Shown here one piece after another: positions 55,201 to 64,000 of a stretch of 64,000 nt of DNA. The notes beneath the pieces are model-generated. The model saw only the letters and a program-made list of their open reading frames with translations, made no database searches and was not told where the DNA came from. Position 1 is the stretch's first letter, and every line of letters starts with the position of its first letter. The stretch is taken from positions 24,368,001 through 24,432,000 of the forward strand of contig NC_087251.1 in the NCBI RefSeq assembly GCF_037042905.1, given 5' to 3'. A program made the translations under genes and the position numbers. This stretch comes from Lytechinus pictus. Lineage: Eukaryota.

Positions 55201-56052
55201 TTTTATAGGGCGAAAAACTGAGGATTATATAGGGGTGGTAGAAAATTGTAAGGGGAACGGCTGATGAGAAAACAATTATGGTTACACATGATGGAACTTT
55301 ATTTGGATTGACTTTAAAGGAGTAATAGGTTTAATATCTATTTCGTAAACGATGGATATGGGTATGTGGATGGATTTATCGCATCTGCATTGATAAAATT
55401 ATAAAGAAGAGGCACAGCGGGGTCTCTTGGCTGGTGGAATTATTATGTAACATTATTATATAAAAGTAAGAACAAGACTAGAACACTAAAGATTTCAAGT
55501 TTTAAAAAATGCAAAGTTGACAATAGACCTAGAAGTAAATATTTGGTGAGCATATGCTATGCTTTTGAGATCATGTACCAGTAATTAATTTGTGGGAACT
55601 CTGATGATTTAGCAAAATCAAGTTAAAACTAATGACAAAACCACTTTATTTGATAAGAAAATAATCTTCTCGTGAATAAAGGGAACCAATTAGTAATATT
55701 TAATGGACCGGGGACGAAAACCCATTTTCAACTTGAATAAAAAGAAGAAGAACTTTGGCCTCAGTCAATGGGGCATGACAGTAGAAGGAGACATGATCAA
55801 CGTTTACCTTGGTTACCAAAAGCTCTTTTGATGAATCAATTAGACCCTGTGGTTCTCAAAGTCAATCGGAATCATGAGAAAATTTTCATGCTCTGAAAGA
55901 AAACCATCAGATTACTCACTCTCTGTGACAATAAAAACTCAGTTTGGGGTAAAATGTGCCTTTTGTATGATTTCAAAGGATGAAACACATGAATATGACA
56001 TGGGGTGCGTTGGTTGAAAGAAGCCTCTTAGATTAGGGTGACTTCCTGTGTC

Positions 56053-56525
56053 ACTAGAACACTGATATAGCATCCACAGGGAAGATGCGGTAAAAGAAGT
56101 GTTATTGTAATGTTATTAGGATTGTAATATCCATCACATTTCTGCTATTAAACCAACCACTAAGCTGGCAAGAGACATCATTCATAATCCCCCTTTCAAC
56201 TAAGCCATCAAAGGAACACGCAAGGAGTTTCAATAGCTTTTGGGAGTACATCCCTTGCAGGAGGCCTAGCTTTGGAAGGTTTTCTTCTATACTTTTGATG
56301 TCATCATGATCATACCCCTCTGAAGTAAATTTGAATCTAGCACCCAAGGATAAAATGTTGACCAAAGTCTCACAAAAATTGAGGATACCGACCTCCAAGA
56401 CTCTACCTGGAAGAAAGATCGCAAGAATGCTACGCAAAGTTCTTAATATTATAATAATAATGAATAATAATATGATGAATTTGTATAGCACAGCCACTAT
56501 ATAGATATACTCTACTGTGCTTTGG
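56053..56525 (-). mobile_element. Second Helentron/DINE-like non-autonomous element (different family)
   Basis: On the minus strand: 5' inverted repeat agcacag...ctgtgct, then a (TAT)n tract; 3' hairpin gcatc-ttccctgtg-gatgc, ending ...ttctagt. Confidence 0.6.
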
Positions 56526-59500
56526 TTACTCCCATTGCTTATACTACTTAATAAAAGTGAAGATCTACTTAAACGCTTCCCTGCATAGATGTGTCTTCAA
56601 TATTTGATAATGTTTTGAAGTGGGGCTAAAAGCGGGGCTCCCGGCAAAAAGCCAGGAAAACATTGCTATGTATAACATTGCTCTGTAACTTCATCAATAT
56701 ACTGCCACTGACTCTGATATTACCAAGGCATCCAGAGCCAACCAAAAAGAGGATTTCTCATAAATTTTTAAACTACTCTGGTTTTTTTCATGAATTACTC
56801 AATCTAGTGTGATAAAGGGCTTGTAATCCTATGTCACACAGAGCCAAAATTATTTTAATTACTACAAATGTGAACTCCATAACTAAAAAAAAAGACCTTG
56901 GCTAAACATAACACAACTAAATCCTAGCACAGAAGCCATACAGTAGAGTTATAAGAACATATTTGGAAGGGAAGAATGAAAAAAAAAGAACAAAATGCCT
57001 GCAGAGAGCAAAACAGAACAGTTTACTATGACAACTCAACAGCTCTCTTTCTTGATCATGTGAAGCTGATTGGGCCCCTGTGCTAATCAAAACACTTACC
57101 ACAACATGCAAATTTCATTATCCAGAACCTGAATATCATCAGGATTTTCTAAATTGAGTCTTTGGCACAAACCACAAAGCAGTTTCTCTCAAATACATAT
57201 TTGCAATGAAAAGCAATGTTTATATAAAATCACAAATATTGAATAAGACTTCGTCACTATCATCCTGCAGTAAGTGTTTCTTCTTGAACAGATTATGATA
57301 ATAAAGGAATACTGATAAATACTGCTTTGCAACTAACTGTTATGAAGATGAGGTATTCGATAATCACGATGACATACAGTGCAAAATGTCATAACACATG
57401 ATTGAGACATAGCTATTTCATTCAAATTGAAATTCTGGACTTCTGAAAATTGAATATTCAAAATTTTCTGTTAGCGATACAAATCTCTACATTTATTTAT
57501 CTTGCATAGATCTTAAACGGCAATTCTGTCATGCATATTGCTCTCAAGGTTAGTTTCTCCTTTGAAATGGTTAAAGGAGCAAAGAACCTGTAGACTAGAT
57601 ACAAACAACGATAGACCATGAACCACAATGGTGTTTTTACCCCTCAATGATCTCCTCAAATACATCAATCTGCAACCCAGGGGAACTTTATTTCTATCCT
57701 CTGTGATACCAAAGCTCTATTAAACTCCAATTACACAACCATTCAACAGTCTCGTTAGTTCACGCACCATGGTTTTTAATTGTGACTTTCATAAAGGGGA
57801 CAATGTAACATGCTTTACTGGGGACCTTCTCAGAGTTCAGGACGTGGGAAAATTAACAAATTCCTTTAGGAAGCCGGCCTATCACAACTGAAACCAGAAA
57901 ACAAATAAAAGAGAAGACCAATCTATCTTACTTAAATTCATTTGCCGAGAATGGAAAGGCAGAAGGCGAATCAATCTCCCTCAAACGCAATGACATCTAT
58001 ATTTAATTACAGATCATTCTCACAAAACAGTTCCTAAAGATATGAACATGCTTTCTTGAGGACGGTATCACCTATAGAGTGCCAATGTGTTAGCACAACG
58101 GTGGGAAAATTCCGAGCTTGAGCCCACTTACTAGTAGACCATATGTTAAGCAATACCTTTGCTTAGAAATAATGACGATTCAACAATAGGATCAACCTTG
58201 TTGATTCCCATGGTAGATTTCCACCACTATTAATAACACTACCTGACTAATCGCTAGCATCACTATCGAAACTCTCTTTCATCCCTTTCAGTTTCTATTT
58301 GAGCAGAAGATAGAAAGGGGAAACAGGTGAATGGAGGGCATACAAACTATTTGGATAAAAAAGTTTGAGAGTGCTTAGAAGATTAGTCAAAGGGGGAAAA
58401 AAGAAGCTGAGAAAACAGATTTTGTGAAGTGTGGCCATGAATGCCCCCTCAATCATGCATACAACTTACTGCTTGTACAGTGAATCAGTGCATGAAAGAT
58501 GCAAGATATTTATGGAAAACATGCAGTGGGTTGATGATGCCTAACTCTATGTCAGATTCATGATTGGAGTAAATGACTAACTGTGAAGCTGTTGAACTGG
58601 ACAGTTATCATTCACTTAACTCTTAACATCCTGCTTTGGTCAACTGGTACCCAAACACACACACACACATACACATAAATCCCATAGAACTGCATAGAGT
58701 ATTATCTTACAAATTTAGTGATTCGATATCAGAAAGCTTTCAACAAACAACATATTTTGACATTTTCAGCCCATCCCATGATTGGGAAGAGGTTTAAAAT
58801 AAAAATGAAAAAGTATGCAGATATTTTATTATGATCATCCAAAGTTCCAAGTCCCAGAATAAATACAAAATATAAATCTCTTGGCTATTCCAAGTGTCTT
58901 TTTATAAGTTAAAGCAAATTTGATATTGAATCCTAGTAATACCACACCATTCTTGCAGGGCCTATGATATGAAACTATTAGTCCTTCACTTGAAACTAAA
59001 GATTTGCATTTCACTCATTGCCTACCAGAACCGGATGATCCCTGTACAAACCCAATTGGAATTGCAGGATGAAGTGGTCATTTATGTTAAACAAACAAAC
59101 AACTTTCCAATTTGAATAAATTACCATTCATTATAAATATGGATGGATTCAGTGTAGTATGCAGTGGGCCCTAACACTAGAGACCCATATTTCAAAGAAT
59201 CCCATAAGACTTTTATGCTGTATGAACATACACAACCAGCTTAGCCAAATAGTAGATGAATGGGATTTTAATGCTTTTTAAGGAAACCAACGCAAGGAGC
59301 TGATCTGTCTCAAATGAATCCCAATAATGTGTTAATCCCTCCAATATTTACTACTTTCACCAGGATCTTATCAAGAGGTAGGCAAATATTCCCACGATCT
59401 TATGAGGAAGTTTTCAATCCCAACTTTAGAGCGAACCAATCACCCAAGAGTTTACTTTATTTCTGTAGAATCATTTTGAATGTAAAAAATTAAGCATCAA

Positions 59501-59597
59501 ATTTATAATTCCATTTAAAACAATTCGAAACTTGCATGCACACTTTCATTTAGTAAAGTCCTATTCAATTGCTTTATAGGGCATACATATGACCATA

Positions 59598-60007
59598 GAC
59601 ACCGTTCTCAATACCTTCCTAAAACTAGTTTAACGTGCAATGAGAATGGTTGAAGCGATCTTCCAAACCGGTTCATAAAACCACCTCACGATGTAGTTTT
59701 CAAGATCGCTTTGCCATGTTAAACTGGTTTCAGCATAAATGAGGACACAACCGCTCTTCGGGAAGTGATCTTCGCACATTTTGAGCACGCTACTCTGCAC
59801 GACAGGTGTAGAATGCCTACGCTGCGGTTTCAAATTTTGTGCGAAACGTGTCACCCCAATGAGAGCTTTTCCAAAGCAACAAGATCGCTTTACATGAAGT
59901 GATTTTGAAAACCACTTTCATGTGATCAAATGGGAACGCTAGCAAAGCGAACTTCCTGCGCCGGTTTCCAGTAAACTAGTTTTAGAAAGCGTAATGAGAA
60001 CGGTGTC
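59598..60007. mobile_element. MITE with ~35-bp TIRs and ATA TSD (Harbinger-like)
   Basis: ata|gacaccgttctcaataccttcctaaaactagttta ... taaactagttttagaaagcgtaatgagaacggtgtc|ata. Confidence 0.88.
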
Positions 60008-60329
60008 ATAGACTACAACCACACTAGAGATTAACTAGGCTTGCTTGTATTGAATGGCATATGCTCCGATCGTTATAATAGGGATCACTGCCATCTATTG
60101 AAAATACGAGAACATGTATCTACTTTTTTTTCATTTTCAATTTTACGTTGTTCTATTGCCAGATCAGTCTTGTTTGCTTCCTCTGATCTGATCTCATTTT
60201 TTATAATAACTGAATGTTCTTTACCATTATTGTCAGCATAAATTAATCCTTAACTACATGTTGGTAAGAACATCTTCAAAGAGTATCACATGGGAGAGAG
60301 ACCTTTGCATTGAAATGTTAAGTCACTAA

Positions 60330-60882
60330 TACCCTTTTTACACAGGATTTTCTTAACCCCGGACTATCGCTAACCCCGTACTATCCTTAACCCCGTACTA
60401 TTTTTTTTCCTTTTCACACATGCCAAATTGTTATCGCTAACCCCGGATAAGGAATGCTTGCTTTTTACACACGAAACTCGCTAACCCCGGACTAGTGGTT
60501 TTTGTCGATCATTCGTAGTACAAGTACTTCACTCGTACCTTTTTACACACGCTAAAATTTCCTTAACCCCGTACTATAGGTGGGGCTAAATTGCCATTTA
60601 GCCCCACCTATAGTACGGGGTTAAGCTTAGCCCACTTTCGTTTTACACTAGCGATCTTAACCCCGTACTATCGCTCTTAGCACCGCAATTGCTGGGATAA
60701 CCCTGCTTTTTTGCAGGGCCAAATAATCCCGTACTAAAGGTGGGGTTAGCCCACTTTGCAAAAATGCTGTGTAAAAAGAAAGTGGGCTAAGCTTAACCCC
60801 GTACTATAGGTGGGGCTAAATGGCAATTTAGCCCCACCTATAGTACGGGGTTAAGGAAATTTTAGCGTGTGTAAAAAGGGTA
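60330..60882. mobile_element. MITE with TAA TSD and nested internal hairpins (Harbinger-like)
   Basis: taa|taccctttttacaca ... tgtgtaaaaagggta|taa; many taaccccg(t/g)acta repeats. Confidence 0.9.
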
Positions 60883-63800
60883 TAACAGGACTACCCCTTT
60901 TACAACATGAGAGGCTGTCCAATGTAGTTTGTTTTAAATCTTGGCAAATTGCTCTTATCTTTGAAATTGAATTTGGGACTTTGACAAATTTGTCTTGGGT
61001 TTAGTATTTGGCACTGAATTCATTTCATTTCAAATGCATTCATACATTTTGTATCACTAAAAAATTTGACATGAACATACAAATAAAATAAAATTAAATA
61101 TCTACCTTAATTTAAAGGAACTGAGCATGAGCATGGGGCACTCAATATTAAGGCATTTTTAAAACCAATTTCAATTATACATATTTTTTTCGTTTTAGGG
61201 TCTAAAGTAGGTAAAATCATAAAGGTAGGCAGATGTTAGAAATGATCAATTTTACTTTTATAAATTTGATGACTTTGACTCATTATATGAAAATATCATA
61301 ACACACACACACAAAAATTATAAGCTTTCCAATAATTCTTACAAATTTACTGAGGAATCCTTTCAGAAATTTGAGTAATGATATATGTGGGAGTCAATAA
61401 CTTTCATAAAAAAAAAAATCTAATTTCCTTATGAAATCACATGAAAGTACTTTAACACTGTGATATCTAATTCTCCATGCTTGAATGATAGATTACAATC
61501 ATGTACAATCATATGGAAAAGTGACCATCTGTTTAAGACATTTCTAGCTCTATTTCAAGGTTGTTATGACGCTGATTGACACATGCATTTCCAATTGATA
61601 GGCAGAACATTAGCTTGTCTTATGACAGAAGTTGAAGTGTCCTACAAATGAAGACACAATGAAGTAAGCTTAATCATGGATTAGTCTGGAAGTGAATGTT
61701 GAATGCTCTACAACTAGAACATCACCAGTGAGCCAATTCCATGTAAATTGGATGGGAGCACATAAAATAGAGATAGCCAGATATCAGATGATGCAAATTT
61801 AGGTTTTCTAAATGTTGACAGATGTAGATATCATTGGCAGGATACCACAAATAACGGAGTGACAGTTTGTTATGAATCTCTGCTCACATTCCATGCCTGC
61901 TAGCAGAGGTCTCAATGTGCCTAGTTATTCCCCTTTCGGCAGGCTCGGAAATGAGATGATTGGCTTTTGATCTATGAAACCTCCTAGGTAATTCATACTG
62001 GTTACATGCTAAAGATTCACAACCTGAAAACATCTCATAGTTTATCATTTGAGTCTCTTACATCAAAACCTTTCCCATTTTTGCTTTGGTCAATTAATAA
62101 TAAATATATCTGAGAGGACAAGGACACTGGAGCGATGCAGGGAAAAAAAAAAAGAAAAATAATACAATGAATGGCGGATCTATGGCCCCAAAACAAACAT
62201 CCCAAACATGAAAACCAGAGTATGAAAACATGAGAGAAAGAATCACTATAAATTTCAGGATAATGTAACATGTATTTAATTTTCATATTTTTGCTCAGTG
62301 AAAACTTTATCTTATTCAAAACCCAATAAAACATGGAATATTTTGACATTTTATGGGCAGATCATCTTGAGCCTCAGAATGTTTTTTTCCTTAATTGATT
62401 ACCCCCCCCAAAAAAAAAACAGTCAATACCTTCACACGAAAGAAAACAAATCTCATATTTTTTCCCTACTGTAGTGCAAAAAATAAAATAAAGGAAATTT
62501 ATTAACATTACAGTATCATACTATAATTCAGATTCTATATAGATCTTTTAAACTTTGCTTGTTTCATCTAACAGTGATGTAGTTATAAAAATCTAAGATT
62601 GTATTATTGTTTTCTGTTGTGTAATTCACATGATGCAGCTTCTTAGAAAGCATATGGATAAGAAAAAAATAAAGGAAAAAAATAAAACAATGAATTTTTA
62701 GGAAAATGGTACAAAAATAATATTTATGATTTTAGTACATCTTGTTATGTTTCTCTAGACTCTTATCTAAAGAAGATAACTATCAGACCCCATTATCATG
62801 GTCACTGGAGATGAATGGAGTAGGCTTGTCATAAAAATTTATAAATGTTCACCTTACCAAAAAAAAAAACAGTCACTGAGAAATAGTAGATTAAACACAA
62901 ATTCATATATTTTACTTGGTGAAAATATTCATAAGAATCCATTTTTGGAACAAGAAACAAGCTGAAAGACTCACAAAAATGAAGAAATTCATGATTTCAA
63001 ATATTTGACATTGGACAATTGATCAAACTAAGTAAAAAAAAAAGGCAAACACAATGATTAAGATCACTATTTCTCCTTCTTTCAAGAACCTGGTATGTTA
63101 CCTCATAATGTATGTTCTGTACTGGTCCATTACCTCACAATACATATTGTAAAGGTATTCATAGGGAAAACAAAGTTTAGTTATAGGGTCGGTCGGTATG
63201 GATTTTTTTTAACCTAAACATACAATAAAAATAAAAAAATTAGAAATTTTCAAAGCTGGCTATATCATAAACATTTTTAAGGCTTCAGCTTTTAAATGCA
63301 ATCTTTTTACATGTTTTAATTGTGGATTAAAGAAAAAGGATGAGTCGGCCCCATTCCATAGCGTCTGTTGGTGGAATACAACCATACAATTTTTTTTTGC
63401 TGGGGGTGGGGAGGGCTAAATCATTGTATCTTCTGAATCTGTCGTAAGCATTCTGACTGTGCAATTTACTAGATTTTTTTTTTTTTTTTTTTTTTTGGGG
63501 GGGGGGGTGAGGGTGAATGGGGAAGACAGACGGACAGACATGGAAAGAAATAGAGAGACATGGAGAGATGGAAAGAGATATGGAGACAGATATAAAGAGC
63601 ACTCCTCTTCCGCACCTAGTCCAACCTGGCACGAGAAGCTTTTTGGTAAATAGCTATTTATCATCTACGATTAGACAGGCTCCACGAATAATGCAATACT
63701 CATTAACATTTCACTTAGACACTATTCATAATTAATGAACATACATCACCAAGTTCTTGAGTTTGCTTGGATAAAACACAGGCACCCCACGCCAGTGGTG

Positions 63801-64000
63801 GAAGGTGCCACAACACAATTTGCACAGTGGTGCCAAATCAAGAAAAACACAACTAGAATTACAAATGTATGTCTTTGTCAAACAAGCTGTAGCTCTACTG
63901 ACATCCATTACTACATAATATTACTACTTTATAATGCTAACTTTGTTTCTTTGTAAAGAAGTTTGCTAAAAATGTTCTGAATATATGTTGTATAATATCT

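Overview
AT-rich, repeat-laden, gene-poor eukaryotic (metazoan) DNA. The SINE/MITE repertoire and poly-G tracts suggest an invertebrate deuterostome such as a sea urchin; this is inference. Only one convincing host coding segment is visible: a 1.57-kb minus-strand terminal exon (33270-34843) encoding an S/P/K-rich disordered tail with about 20 decameric KSPVS repeats and a C-terminal PLDLR (CtBP-type) motif. Its upstream exons were not found, implying a very large intron. The rest is intronic or intergenic DNA with many mobile elements: an inverted (5'-to-5') pair of decayed Penelope-like RT/GIY-YIG retroelements nested inside a TTAA-type MITE, two Helentron/DINE-like non-autonomous elements (one carrying a tRNA-like Pol III cassette), a 2.2-kb element with perfect 15-bp TIRs and an 8-bp TSD, several 3-bp-TSD MITEs, tRNA-derived SINE fragments, a decayed THAP-domain gene, a palindromic AT-rich minisatellite and simple repeats. 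No prokaryotic systems, CRISPR arrays, rRNA or intact tRNA were seen. Nearly all short ORFs in the supplied track look spurious.
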